DNA of 64,000 bases from Alphaproteobacteria bacterium. Lineage in GTDB: Bacteria; Pseudomonadota; Alphaproteobacteria; GCA-2731375. The notes beneath the pieces are model-generated. The model had not been told where the DNA came from. It searched no databases and was given only the letters and a program-made list of their open reading frames with translations. Each line of letters opens with the position of its first letter. The stretch's first letter is position 1. Both the position numbers and the translations under genes were made by a program. This document shows, in pieces, positions 39,775 to 49,702 of the stretch. Where the stretch lies: positions 6,348 to 70,347 of the forward strand of contig JASLMH010000002.1 of the NCBI GenBank assembly GCA_030746635.1, written 5' to 3'.

Positions 39775-42700
39775 ATGTCCGAACCAGACCAGGACCTTTC
39801 CGTCGAAATCCGCGTGCACCAATCCATGCTGGTGGTGCGCGGCATGCCGGTGCTGATTTTGGGCAATATCGCCGCCGTGGGGTTGGTCGTGCTGCTCGAT
39901 TGGGCGCGGTTTGTTTCCAGCCACGCATGGTTTGCGGCGGTGGTGTTGCTCGTTCTGCTGTTGCCGCTGGCCGTCAATTACGTACGCCTGCGCGACAAAC
40001 CCAGACCGGATCGCGCCAGCCGGCGACGGATCCGCCGCATCGAAATTCATTCGTTATTGATGGGGTTGGCCGTCGCCGCAATGGCCGCGCTGATCACTCC
40101 TAGCCTGGGCGCGATCGAACAAGTCCTGATAGGGACTCTCGCTCTGTTTCTCTGCTACGGCGCGGTAGCGGTGGTTGGGAGTATCCCGGTAGCGGCGCTG
40201 AGCTATATCCTGCCGATTTGGCTGGCGGCGTACTTGGTGCTGATGTTCAGCGGACCCATCGGCCAGGTCACGTTGGGCGTGGTGTTCTGGGTGGCGTTGA
40301 TCGCCTATCTTCAGAATTGTCGGCAGAACTGGCTGGATTTCCGCTCCAACGTGGCGTTGTCGTTGGAACGTGCGCGTATCCTGCGGGAAAAACTGGAAGC
40401 GGAAGCGGCGCGGCAGACGGAAGTCGCCAAGACCCAACGGCGCATGGTCGATGCGATTCCATTTCCGCTGGTTCTAACCAGGGGAAATACCCTGCTGCCG
40501 ATGGGCAAGATGGCCGCGCGCATGTTCAAGGTTGAACTGGAGGAGGTGGACAGCCGTACGGTAACGGATTTTTTCGTCGATCCGGACGAGCAGCAAAACA
40601 TGATCGCATTGCAGGCCGCCGACGGCCAATTGGACGAGTACGAAGTTCGCCTGAAGGATTCCGAGGGCACGCCGTTCTGGGTCATGGTGTCCAGCCGGCC
40701 GATCGAATTCGAAGGGGAGCCTTGTTGGCTGAACTCGATCGTGCCGATCGACCAACGCAAACGGGCCGAGCGGGAATTGAGCGATAGTCGCGACCTCTTG
40801 CAGGCCCTGGCCGACAACATTCCCGAGTTCATGAGTTTCAAGGACCTCGACGGCGGCTTCCGATTCGTCAACAACTGTTTCGAGGAATGGACCGGTCTAA
40901 AACGCGACAACATCATCGGCAGGACGGTTCATGATATCTACCCGGCCGAGCAGGCGGACGCGTTTGCCGTCCAGGACCGCGAATGCCTGGACAGCCGCTC
41001 GACCATCGCCCGGGAAATTCTGCTCGACTATCCGGACGGCAGGTCCCGCACGGTGATCAGCACGCGGTTCCCGGTGCTGACCTCGGCCGGCGGACTGCTC
41101 GGCCTGGGCACCGTCAACTACGACCTCACCGCACGCAAGGCAATGGAGGAAGCCTTGCGGGAGAGCGAGCGGCGGCTGATCGAGATCCTCGACCTCAGCC
41201 CGATCGCCGTGTCGATCGTCGATGCCGACAACGAACGGCTCTACGGCAATTCCCGGCTGGCCGAGATGCTCGACCTCGACCGCGACGCCTTGGTCGGCGG
41301 CGACCGGGTCCGCGCCTTTGCGCCGGAAGACATCGCGCGGCTTTACGCTGGGTATGAAAAGGATGGCGTCGTCAACGACTTCGACATCGAGGGGCGGCGG
41401 CCCGATGGTTCGAGTTTTTGGGCCACCCGCTCGATGGCGCCGATTCACTTCGAAGGCAAGCCGGCCACGGTCCATTGGGCCTACGACATCACCGAGCGCA
41501 AGCGGGCCGAGCAGGCGCTGGCCAATAAAGAGGCGCAGCTTCGGATAGCGCTTGACAACATGCCGGGCGGTCTGGCGCTCAACGATGGCTCGTTGGTCTA
41601 CACTGTGGTGAATGAGAAAGCTCATGACCTGCTGGAATTGCCGGACCACCTCATGCTGCCCGGTGAGCCGGTCGAGGGTGTGGTGCGGTATAGCGCTGCG
41701 CGCGGTGACTATGGCGAGGGGCAGGTCGGGGAGCTGGCCAACCGGCGGCTCGAGGCGATACGCACGGGCGAACAGTTGATGATGGAAGTGCAGATGCCGA
41801 GCGGCCGATACATCAACGTTCAACGCCAACTCCTCGACGATGGCGGCAATGTGTCCATCTTCGTCGACGTCACCGAGCGCAAACGGAACGAGATCGCCCG
41901 CGCGCGGGCCGAACAGGAAGCCTTGGAGAAGACCAGGATCCTCGAGCTGACGCTGACTAACATGGGCCAGGGTCTCACCATGTATGACGCCGATTGGAAG
42001 CTGGTTTCCCACAACCGGCAATATGCCGAGCATTTTGATCTGCCCGATGATGCCTTCGAAGGGGAAAAGACCTTCGACGACGTCGTCGGCGCCACCATGC
42101 GCCAGGACTACGGGGACGAGTGGCGGGAGCGGTTGGCGGCGGTTCGGGATCCGAGCCGCATGAGGGATGTCTGGCGCCGAGAATTCACCCGCCCCGACGG
42201 CCGAAGCCTGGATCTGCTGAGCAATCCCATCCCGGCCGGCGGTTTCGTCGTCACCAGTACCGATATTTCCGAGCGCAAGCGGGCCGAGCGGGAACTGGCC
42301 GAGAAGGAAGCCCAGCTTCGCATCGCCATGGACAGCATGTCCGACGGGATCTTCACCCTCGACGCCGAGCTGAACTACATGATGTTCAATCAGCGCTATA
42401 TCGAGCTGGTGGCAATACCCGAACAGCTCTTCGAGGTCGGCAAGCCGATCCGCGATGTGCTGGTCTATGCCGCCGAACACGGTTTTTACGGGCCCGGCGA
42501 CGTGGACGAGCAGGTCCGCCAGCGCATGGCCTCGTACGAAGACGATTCCTATCTCGAAGTTGAACTGGAACCCCATGAAGGCCGCACGGTCGCCCTGCGC
42601 AAGTCGGCGATTGAGGGAGGCGGCGCGGTCGCCGTCCTCTCGGACATCACCGAACGCAAGCGGGCCGAGCAGGAAGTGGCCGAGGCCAAGGAGCGGGCCG

Positions 42701-43428
42701 AGCAGGCGAACCGCGCCAAATCGCATTTCCTGGCCAATATGAGCCACGAGTTGCGGACCCCGATGAACGCCATCCTGGGCTATACCGAGCTGATACTCGA
42801 CAACATCTACGGCGAGGTGCCCGAGAAGGTCCGCGAGATCATCCGGCGGGTCGAAAACAACGGCAAGAGCCTGCTCGACCAGATCAACGACGTGCTGGAT
42901 CTGTCGAAGATCGAGGCGGGCGAATTCACCATCTCGCTCGACGAATACGTCCTCCAGGACATCGTCGGCAAGGTGATCTCGGACCTGGAATCCCTGGCGG
43001 CCGAAAAGAACCTGACCCTGGCGGCCGAGGTGCCGCCCGACCTGCCCAGCGGCCTGGGCGACGGCCGGCGCATCGTTCAGGTGCTGCTGAACCTGGTCGG
43101 TAACGCCATCAAGTTTACCGACGAGGGCGGGGTTACCGTGGCCGTGTCGCTGGCCGATGACGGGTTTCTGGTATCGGTGCGCGACACCGGTATCGGCATT
43201 TCCCAGGCGGATCAGGCGGAAATCCTCAACGAGTTCCATCAGGTCGACAGCTCCTCCACCCGCACGCGGGGCGGCACCGGACTTGGCCTGACCATCGCCC
43301 GGCGAATGATCGAACTGCACGGCGGCCGGCTGTGGATCGTGTCCGAGTTGGGCAAGGGCTCGACGTTTTCCTTTAACCTGCCGATGCGGGTCGAGCAGGC
43401 CGTCAAGAACATGGGTGAGGCACTATGA
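39775..43428 (+). CDS. Membrane-bound multi-PAS sensor histidine kinase
   Basis: N-terminal TM helices; about six PAS/PAC units ending D(I/V)TERKRAE-like; FLANMSHELRTPMN; NLVGNAIKFT; DTGIGI; GGTGLGL. Confidence 0.94.
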   Translation: MSEPDQDLSVEIRVHQSMLVVRGMPVLILGNIAAVGLVVLLDWARFVSSHAWFAAVVLLVLLLPLAVNYVRLRDKPRPDRASRRRIRRIEIHSLLMGLAVAAMAALITPSLGAIEQVLIGTLALFLCYGAVAVVGSIPVAALSYILPIWLAAYLVLMFSGPIGQVTLGVVFWVALIAYLQNCRQNWLDFRSNVALSLERARILREKLEAEAARQTEVAKTQRRMVDAIPFPLVLTRGNTLLPMGKMAARMFKVELEEVDSRTVTDFFVDPDEQQNMIALQAADGQLDEYEVRLKDSEGTPFWVMVSSRPIEFEGEPCWLNSIVPIDQRKRAERELSDSRDLLQALADNIPEFMSFKDLDGGFRFVNNCFEEWTGLKRDNIIGRTVHDIYPAEQADAFAVQDRECLDSRSTIAREILLDYPDGRSRTVISTRFPVLTSAGGLLGLGTVNYDLTARKAMEEALRESERRLIEILDLSPIAVSIVDADNERLYGNSRLAEMLDLDRDALVGGDRVRAFAPEDIARLYAGYEKDGVVNDFDIEGRRPDGSSFWATRSMAPIHFEGKPATVHWAYDITERKRAEQALANKEAQLRIALDNMPGGLALNDGSLVYTVVNEKAHDLLELPDHLMLPGEPVEGVVRYSAARGDYGEGQVGELANRRLEAIRTGEQLMMEVQMPSGRYINVQRQLLDDGGNVSIFVDVTERKRNEIARARAEQEALEKTRILELTLTNMGQGLTMYDADWKLVSHNRQYAEHFDLPDDAFEGEKTFDDVVGATMRQDYGDEWRERLAAVRDPSRMRDVWRREFTRPDGRSLDLLSNPIPAGGFVVTSTDISERKRAERELAEKEAQLRIAMDSMSDGIFTLDAELNYMMFNQRYIELVAIPEQLFEVGKPIRDVLVYAAEHGFYGPGDVDEQVRQRMASYEDDSYLEVELEPHEGRTVALRKSAIEGGGAVAVLSDITERKRAEQEVAEAKERAEQANRAKSHFLANMSHELRTPMNAILGYTELILDNIYGEVPEKVREIIRRVENNGKSLLDQINDVLDLSKIEAGEFTISLDEYVLQDIVGKVISDLESLAAEKNLTLAAEVPPDLPSGLGDGRRIVQVLLNLVGNAIKFTDEGGVTVAVSLADDGFLVSVRDTGIGISQADQAEILNEFHQVDSSSTRTRGGTGLGLTIARRMIELHGGRLWIVSELGKGSTFSFNLPMRVEQAVKNMGEAL

Positions 43429-43790
43429 GTAAGCGGGTCTTGGTGGTCGAGGACCAGGAAGACAATCGGCAGATCATGGAGGATATGCTGACCAACGCCG
43501 GTTATCAGGTGTTCAAGGCGAAAACCGGTGACGAGGGGGTGGCGTTGGCGGAAGCCCAGGTTCCCGACCTGATCCTGATGGATATCATGTTGCCGGGGAT
43601 TGACGGCTACGAGGCGACCCGCCGCATCAAGGCCCAGGCGGCGCTGGCACGAATTCCGATTATCGCGGTCACCTCCTACGCCATGCAGGGCGAGGAAGAT
43701 AGGGCAATGGCGGCCGGCTGCGATGCCTATTTCGGGAAGCCGGTCAGTCCGCGGGTCCTGTTGGCCAAGATCCAAGATTTTATCGGCTGA
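43425..43790 (+). CDS. Single-domain response regulator (DivK-like)
   Basis: VLVVED, PDLILMD, IIAVTSYAM, GCDAYFGKP. Confidence 0.93.
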   Translation: MSKRVLVVEDQEDNRQIMEDMLTNAGYQVFKAKTGDEGVALAEAQVPDLILMDIMLPGIDGYEATRRIKAQAALARIPIIAVTSYAMQGEEDRAMAAGCDAYFGKPVSPRVLLAKIQDFIG

Positions 43791-44996
43791 GTGAAACCTC
43801 GGGAGTCTGTCGTGAGATCACCGCCATTGATCCTGATCGTCGACGATAATCCGACGAACCTGGACATTTTCGAGACCCGGCTGACCGCCCACGGCTACCA
43901 CGTCATCACCGCCGGCGACGGCGAGGCAGGCCTGGCCTTGGCCCGGGAACGCCAACCGGACCTGATCCTGCTCGATATCATGATGCCGAAACTGGACGGC
44001 ATCGAGGTCTGTCGGCGCTTGAAGGGCGATCCGGCGCTGCCCTTCATGCCGATCATCCTGGTCACCGCCAAGTCGGACGCGGCCGACGTGGTCGCCGGCC
44101 TGGAAGCCGGCGGCGATGAATATCTGATCAAGCCGGTGGACCACGGCGCCCTGGTGGCCCGGGTCAAGTCGATGTTGCGGATCAAGGCGCTGCACGACAC
44201 CACCCGGGAGCAAGCCGGCCAGCTGGAGGCCGAAGCGGCCAAGCTGGCGGCGCTGAACGAAACCCTCGAGGAACGGGTCGCCCAGCAGGTCGAGGAGCTG
44301 GATCGGATCGGCCAGTTGAAGCAGTTTTTCTCGCCGCAGCTCACCGATCTCATCGTGTCTTCCGATTCCGATGACCTGCTGGCAAGCCATCGCCGCGAAA
44401 TCACCGCCGTGTTCTGCGATCTGCGTGGATTTACAGCCTTTGCCGAGGCGGCGGAGCATGAGGACGTGATGCGGCTGCTGGCCGAGTACCACGAGAAGGT
44501 CGGGCCGCTGATCTTCGAGTACGAGGCGACCCTGGAGCATTTCGCCGGCGACGGCCTGATGGCGATCTTCAACGATCCGGTGCCCTGCCCGGACCCCGCC
44601 GCGCGGGCGGTCCGGATGGCGGTGGCCATGCGCGATGCGGTGACCGGTCTGGCGGAGAGCTGGCGGCGGCGAGGCCATGAACTGGGCTTCGGCGTCGGCA
44701 TCGCCCTCGGTTACGCCACCTTGGGCCAGATCGGCTTCGCCGGGCGTTTCCACTACGGCGCCATCGGCACCGTGCTCAATCTGGCCTCGCGCCTCTGCGA
44801 CAGTGCCGAGCCCGGGCAGATCCTGATCACGCCACGGGTCCATGTCGACGTCGAGGCCCTGGTCGAGGCCGAGCCCATCGGCGAACTCGACCTCAAGGGC
44901 TTCCGCAATCCGGTGCCGGCTCTCAATCTGGTGGCCTTGAAGCCAACACCGGGGGCGCGTTCGCCAGATCCAGCAAAAGGAAGGCCGGCGTGGTGA
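43791..44996 (+). CDS. Receiver domain + class III nucleotide cyclase
   Basis: ILIVDD…LLDIMMP receiver; VFCDLRGFT, FAGDGLMA, NLASRL cyclase motifs. Confidence 0.9.
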   Translation: MKPRESVVRSPPLILIVDDNPTNLDIFETRLTAHGYHVITAGDGEAGLALARERQPDLILLDIMMPKLDGIEVCRRLKGDPALPFMPIILVTAKSDAADVVAGLEAGGDEYLIKPVDHGALVARVKSMLRIKALHDTTREQAGQLEAEAAKLAALNETLEERVAQQVEELDRIGQLKQFFSPQLTDLIVSSDSDDLLASHRREITAVFCDLRGFTAFAEAAEHEDVMRLLAEYHEKVGPLIFEYEATLEHFAGDGLMAIFNDPVPCPDPAARAVRMAVAMRDAVTGLAESWRRRGHELGFGVGIALGYATLGQIGFAGRFHYGAIGTVLNLASRLCDSAEPGQILITPRVHVDVEALVEAEPIGELDLKGFRNPVPALNLVALKPTPGARSPDPAKGRPAW

Positions 44997-45411
44997 TGTC
45001 GTGGCTCCAGCGCCGGAGATGACGAACGCGGGCGCGGGGGTGCCGGCGGCATGGCGCCGGCGCCGCCTCGTCGAGGCTCCGCCGCAGGCGGGCGGGAAAC
45101 CCGGCATCCTCGAACTTCGGCTCGGGACCGAGATCGATCACCAGATGCCGACCCGTTGCCGTCGTCCGCAGCATGGCGCAGCTTCCCGTGGCCCGCCGCA
45201 GCAGGGCGTGGGCCGCCGTCGTGCTCATGCCGTCAAGATCCACCAGGTAAAGGCTCAGCCCGATCCGGGCGGTGCCCAGGCGCGCCAGCAGTTGTTGCAG
45301 TTCCGCCAACAGGATTTCATCGTCCAGGCCACAGGCGGCCAGCGCCGCAAGGCAGGCCGTGTCGACTTCCTGGCTCAGGGTGGTGGTTTCAGTGCGCCGA
45401 TAACCATGCAT
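44923..45411 (-). CDS. Hypothetical protein
   Basis: Fills the gap between genes and has a purine-rich upstream region, but overlaps the cyclase 3' end; no family recognised. Confidence 0.35.
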   Translation of the reverse strand: MHGYRRTETTTLSQEVDTACLAALAACGLDDEILLAELQQLLARLGTARIGLSLYLVDLDGMSTTAAHALLRRATGSCAMLRTTATGRHLVIDLGPEPKFEDAGFPARLRRSLDEAAPAPCRRHPRARVRHLRRWSHDITTPAFLLLDLANAPPVLASRPPD

Positions 45412-45523
45412 GGCTGAGACCAAATCAATTGCCCTCTTCTTGGTTGCCGGCGCTCTTTGTATTTAGGTCGCCGACGAAGGCATTGGTTGGGCAAATCTGT
45501 GACATTTGCATGGTCGCGACCAT

Positions 45524-45856
45524 TTACGCTCCCAAACGCCAGCGGTAGCCGAACCTCGGATAGTTTTCGATTGCATCGAAGCCGGGGTCGATATCGCGGA
45601 ACTTGCGGCGGATACGCTTGATGAAGGCGCGGACGTTGACCTCGTGACCGGCCGGTCCGGCGCCGGCGGTGAAGCCCGTGCCGCGGACCTGGTCATAGAG
45701 CCGCCGGTAGGACACATCATGGCCGGGCGGCAGGGCCAGGCATTCGACGATGGCGTATTCCCGCAGGGTCAGCCGGATTTCCCGGCCATCCCAACAGGCC
45801 CGGCGGCCCGCCGGGTTCAGGCACAGACGACCATGGACAATTCGCTGCTGCGGCAT
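45524..45856 (-). CDS. Stand-alone OmpR-type winged-helix protein (ChvI C-terminus-like)
   Basis: WDGREIRLTLREYAIVECLA…VRAFIKRIRRKFRDIDPGFDAIENYPRFGYRW; no receiver domain. Confidence 0.75.
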   Translation of the reverse strand: MPQQRIVHGRLCLNPAGRRACWDGREIRLTLREYAIVECLALPPGHDVSYRRLYDQVRGTGFTAGAGPAGHEVNVRAFIKRIRRKFRDIDPGFDAIENYPRFGYRWRLGA

Positions 45857-46055
45857 CGCCGTATTCCCTCGGGATCGTGATGCAGTGGCCCGACGTCCCC
45901 CGTTCTCGGGTCGGATCGGCGCTTCTGCGGCCCTCGGGAAGCCACGATTGGGAAACCACAATCGAGGTTCTGGCTGTTAATCTTTGGTCATAAAGATTAA
46001 CAAATGGTTGCCGCGACACGCCGCGATGCCCATGCCTGGAGTCGGAACGGAAAAC

Positions 46056-46397
46056 ATGCCGCCGAAAAGCAATCCCCTGCGCCTGAACAAATTGCAGCTA
46101 AAGACCCTGACCCTGTTTCAGGAGCTGGCCCGCTCGCCCCAGACCTCGACCGAACAGCAGAACGGCGACGTGCTGATCACCATGCTGCCGCGGCCGCACG
46201 GCAACCATTTCCACATCGGCGAGCGGGTGGTGATGGCGGCCGACGCCTCCGGCCTGCAAAACCCGGCCGCCTGGCGGGCGCTCGAGCGCAAGGGCCTGAT
46301 CATGGGCAATTTCCCCCTGGCCCTGGTCCTCACCCAGGCCGGCCGCGACTACCCCACCGAGATGCGCGATGCCATCCTGATCGGCGCCGATCACTAG
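46056..46397 (+). CDS. Hypothetical protein
   Basis: GC3-biased ORF MPPKSNPLRLNKLQLKTL…PHGNHFHIG…; function not recognised. Confidence 0.7.
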   Translation: MPPKSNPLRLNKLQLKTLTLFQELARSPQTSTEQQNGDVLITMLPRPHGNHFHIGERVVMAADASGLQNPAAWRALERKGLIMGNFPLALVLTQAGRDYPTEMRDAILIGADH

Positions 46398-46431
46398 GGT
46401 GGAGGCGCGACGGCGGATCGCCAAACGCGCC

Positions 46432-46845
46432 TCAATGGATGCCGTTGGCCCGTTGCACCTCGCGGATGTATTGCACGATGGCCTGGATCTCCAGGTGCTT
46501 GACCTGGGGTTGCGGCGGCATGTCGCCGAACCGCCAATGGTGCTGGCGCACGCCCACGGCAGCGGCGCGGCGGAAGCTCTCGTCGCCGTGGTGGCTGGGC
46601 TCGTAGATGCGGTGGATCAACGGCGGCCCCTTGTCGCCGCCGCTGCCATGGTTGCCGTGGCATTGCACGCAGTTCGCCTCGAACACCTTCTGGCCGGCCT
46701 TGGCCAGGCCGCTCAGCTCGGGCACCGTCACGCTGGCGCCGTTGGCCCCCGGCGATCTGGTCAGGTACCAGATCACCCCGGCCGCCAGGACCGCCGCCGC
46801 CAGCACCGCAATGGCCGGCCGTGTTGATTTTCCAACCACCGTCAT
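46432..46845 (-). CDS. Monoheme cytochrome c
   Basis: N-terminal TM; CVQCHG; GPPL; HHWRFGDMP. Confidence 0.9.
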   Translation of the reverse strand: MTVVGKSTRPAIAVLAAAVLAAGVIWYLTRSPGANGASVTVPELSGLAKAGQKVFEANCVQCHGNHGSGGDKGPPLIHRIYEPSHHGDESFRRAAAVGVRQHHWRFGDMPPQPQVKHLEIQAIVQYIREVQRANGIH

Positions 46846-46959
46846 TCGCTCAACTCCGCCCATGCAACCGCCGCGAATCCTGAGGCTTACAGTTGGGGGA
46901 AGGTCAAGGCGGGCGCGGGGGTCTTGCGCCCGGCCCGGCCTCGGCCCATGTTCCGGGGC

Positions 46960-47829
46960 ATGAACATCAACGGTCTACTCAGCCGCCTGCCGATCAAGGC
47001 GTTGCGCGACCGGGCGCCCTTGGTGCCGGTGGTGCGCCTCTATGGGGTGATCGCGCCCCAGGGCTCGCCGCTGCGCTCGGCCATCAACCTGGCCGCCCTG
47101 GCCGGTCCGCTGGAGCGGGCCTTCGCCATGCGCGGAGCCAAGGCGGTGGCCCTGGCGGTCAACTCCCCCGGCGGCTCGCCGGTGCAGTCGGCCCTGGTGC
47201 ACGACCGCATCCGTCTGCTGGCGGCGGAGAAGGAACTGCCGGTCTATGTCTTCTGCGAGGACGTGGCGGCCTCGGGCGGTTATTGGATCGCCTGCGCCGG
47301 CGACGAGGTCTATGCCGCCGAGACCTCGATCGTCGGCTCGATCGGCGTCATCGCCGCCTCCTTCGGTTTCGAAGGCGCCCTGGACAAACTGGGGGTGGAG
47401 CGCCGGCTCTACACCTCCGGCGACAAGAAGGGCTTCCTCGATCCCTTCCTGCCGGTGAAGGAGGCGGACGTCAAACGCCTGACCGGGCTGCAGAAGGAGA
47501 TCCACGACGCCTTCAAGCGGCACGTGCGCGAACGTCGCGGCGAGCGGCTGACGGCCGGCGACCGCAAGCTGTTCTCGGGTGAATTCTGGACCGGCGCCAA
47601 GGCGCGGGAGCTGGGCCTGGTCGACGGCATCGGCGACCTGAAAAGCGTCATGCGGGAGAAATTCGGCGACAAAGTGCGCCTGAAGGTGATGGAGCCCGGC
47701 AAGGGCTGGCTGCAGCGGCGCCTGGGCCTGTCGTCGGGCACGGCCCCGGGTTTGTTGGACGGCGGCATCGGCCGCGATCTCTTGGCCACCGTCGAGGAAC
47801 GGGCTTGGTGGTCGCGTTACGGTCTCTAA
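46960..47829 (+). CDS. S49-family peptidase (SppA-like)
   Basis: VNSPGGSPVQS, DVAASGGY, VGSIGVI, FSGEFWTG, GLVDGIG. Confidence 0.94.
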   Translation: MNINGLLSRLPIKALRDRAPLVPVVRLYGVIAPQGSPLRSAINLAALAGPLERAFAMRGAKAVALAVNSPGGSPVQSALVHDRIRLLAAEKELPVYVFCEDVAASGGYWIACAGDEVYAAETSIVGSIGVIAASFGFEGALDKLGVERRLYTSGDKKGFLDPFLPVKEADVKRLTGLQKEIHDAFKRHVRERRGERLTAGDRKLFSGEFWTGAKARELGLVDGIGDLKSVMREKFGDKVRLKVMEPGKGWLQRRLGLSSGTAPGLLDGGIGRDLLATVEERAWWSRYGL

Positions 47830-47849
47830 GGCGCTGCGCCGGGTCCGAC

Positions 47850-47938
47850 ATGGATTGCCGGATCAAGTCCGGCAATGACAATAAGCCATTGAAATATATA
47901 CATTAATTGTCATTGCCGGGCTTGACCCGGCAATCCAT
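47850..47938. repeat. REP doublet (inverted) with AT-rich spacer
   Basis: ATGGATTGCCGGATCAAGTCCGGCAATGAC…GTCATTGCCGGGCTTGACCCGGCAATCCAT; same family as 5165-5261 and 8059-8155. Confidence 0.88.
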
Positions 47939-47956
47939 CATGCCCCTTGGCGCGTC

Positions 47957-49570
47957 TCAAAGCGGCTCGTGGTCGCCGGCCAGAAAGGCGTCGCGCAGGG
48001 CGAATTTCTGGATCTTGCCGGAGCCGGTGAGCGGGAATTCGTCGACATTGAACCACAGGGCCGGTGTCTTTTGCGGCGCCAGATGCTGGCGGCAATAGCC
48101 GCGCAGCTCCATCGGGTCCACCTTCTGTCCCGCTTCCGGGCGCAGGAAGCAGGCGACGATCTCGCCCCATCGGTCGTCCGGCAGGCCGACCACGGCGACC
48201 TCGGCCACCGCGGGATGTTCCAGCAGCACGTTCTCGATCTCGGCCGGGAACAGGTTCTCGCCACCGCGGATGATCATTTCCTTCACCCGTCCGGTGACCC
48301 GGACATAGCCGCGGGCGTCCATGGCGCCGAGGTCGCCGGTATGCAGCCAGCCGTCGGCGTCGATGGTCTCGGCCGTCGCTTCCGGGTTGGCGTTGTATTC
48401 GATCATGTTGCAATAGCCCTGGACGCAGATCTCGCCGACCGTGTCGATCGGCACCACCGTGTTGTCCTCGACGCCGCGGATCGAGATGCCGGTCTGCGGC
48501 ATCGGCTGGCCGACGGTATTGCAGATATCGTCCAGGGCGTCGTCGTGGTGGTGCTGGGTGACCACGGGCGAGACCTCGGTCTGGCCATAGACCGTCTCGA
48601 AGTCGCAGCCGAAGGCGTCGCGGACCCGGCGGACCAGTTCGGGAGCCACCATCGAGCCGCCGGAAATCGCCATTCTCAGCGAGGAGACATCGCGGGGTTC
48701 CTGCTCCAGCGCCTCCAGCATCGCCACCAGCATGGTCGGCACCCCGACCAGGGCGTTGGCCCCTTCGCTTTCGATCAGGCGCAGGATGGCGGCCGGCTCG
48801 AACACCTTGACGATCAACATCCGGGAGGCGGTCTGCAGGCAGCCCAGGGTGGCGATGCCGCAGCCGGAGGTGTGGAACATCGGCATGAAATTGATCCAGG
48901 TCGAACCCTGCCGGACCCGGCCGCGTTTGAAGACCAGCCGGGCATTGTTGGTCAGGCCGCGATGGTGCAGCACGGCGCCCTTGGGAAAGCCGGTGGTGCC
49001 GGAGGTGTATTGGATCTGCGTCGCGTCGTCCGGTGTCACCTCGGGCAGGGCCGGCGCCCGCTCGCCCTGGCGGTAAAGTGCGCTGTGGTCGTCCAGGTCG
49101 ACGATCTCGCGCACGGCGTCCAGGCCCGCGCAGGCTTCCTTGGCGATCACGGCCATCGGATTGCCGCGATAGCTCTCGACCGAGAACAGCGCCGCCGAGC
49201 CCGACTGTTCCAGGACGTAGCGCAACTCCTGCGGCTGATAGGCCGGGTTGGCGGTGACCAGGGTGACGCCGGCCAGGGCGCAGGCATATTCCATCAACAG
49301 CCATTCCGGCGTGTTCGGCGCCCACACGGTGATCCGTTCGCCGGGGGCGAAACGGCTCGACAGCGCCAGGGCCAGCCGTTCGCTGTCCGCCAGCAACTCG
49401 CCGTAGCTCCAGGTCCGGCCGGTCCGCCCCTCCATGTCGACCTCGACCAGGGCCGGGGCCGTGGGGTCTTGGGCCGCCGTCCGGCGGAGGAGTTCGCCGA
49501 CGGTGGTTTCCTCGATGATGTCGTCGTCCTGCGGCGGAACCAGGGATTCCGTCAATTCGAACTGATACAT
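47957..49570 (-). CDS. AMP-binding acyl-CoA synthetase
   Basis: YTSGTTGFPKG, YGQTE, WLHTGDLG, GRVKEMIIRGGEN, PLTGSGKIQK. Confidence 0.94.
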   Translation of the reverse strand: MYQFELTESLVPPQDDDIIEETTVGELLRRTAAQDPTAPALVEVDMEGRTGRTWSYGELLADSERLALALSSRFAPGERITVWAPNTPEWLLMEYACALAGVTLVTANPAYQPQELRYVLEQSGSAALFSVESYRGNPMAVIAKEACAGLDAVREIVDLDDHSALYRQGERAPALPEVTPDDATQIQYTSGTTGFPKGAVLHHRGLTNNARLVFKRGRVRQGSTWINFMPMFHTSGCGIATLGCLQTASRMLIVKVFEPAAILRLIESEGANALVGVPTMLVAMLEALEQEPRDVSSLRMAISGGSMVAPELVRRVRDAFGCDFETVYGQTEVSPVVTQHHHDDALDDICNTVGQPMPQTGISIRGVEDNTVVPIDTVGEICVQGYCNMIEYNANPEATAETIDADGWLHTGDLGAMDARGYVRVTGRVKEMIIRGGENLFPAEIENVLLEHPAVAEVAVVGLPDDRWGEIVACFLRPEAGQKVDPMELRGYCRQHLAPQKTPALWFNVDEFPLTGSGKIQKFALRDAFLAGDHEPL

Positions 49571-49653
49571 GGCTGCTTTCCCATTGCGCCGACGCTGGCC
49601 GGTCAGGTGCCGGACGGCCTTATATGGTCGGATTGTCCCCCCGTGATCAAACG

Positions 49654-49680
49654 AAAAACGGCGGCCCGGAGGCCGCCGTT
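49654..49680 (-). terminator. Intrinsic terminator after ilvE
   Basis: AACGGCGGCC-CGGA-GGCCGCCGTT hairpin with a U-tract on the minus strand. Confidence 0.7.
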
Positions 49681-49702
49681 GATCGAAATCCAAAGCCTGA
49701 AG

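Noticed and set aside
44923..45411. Degenerate GGDEF domain (LSLYLVDLDG)
   Set aside because: Only one short motif matches and the ORF overlaps the cyclase gene; kept as a low-confidence hypothetical.
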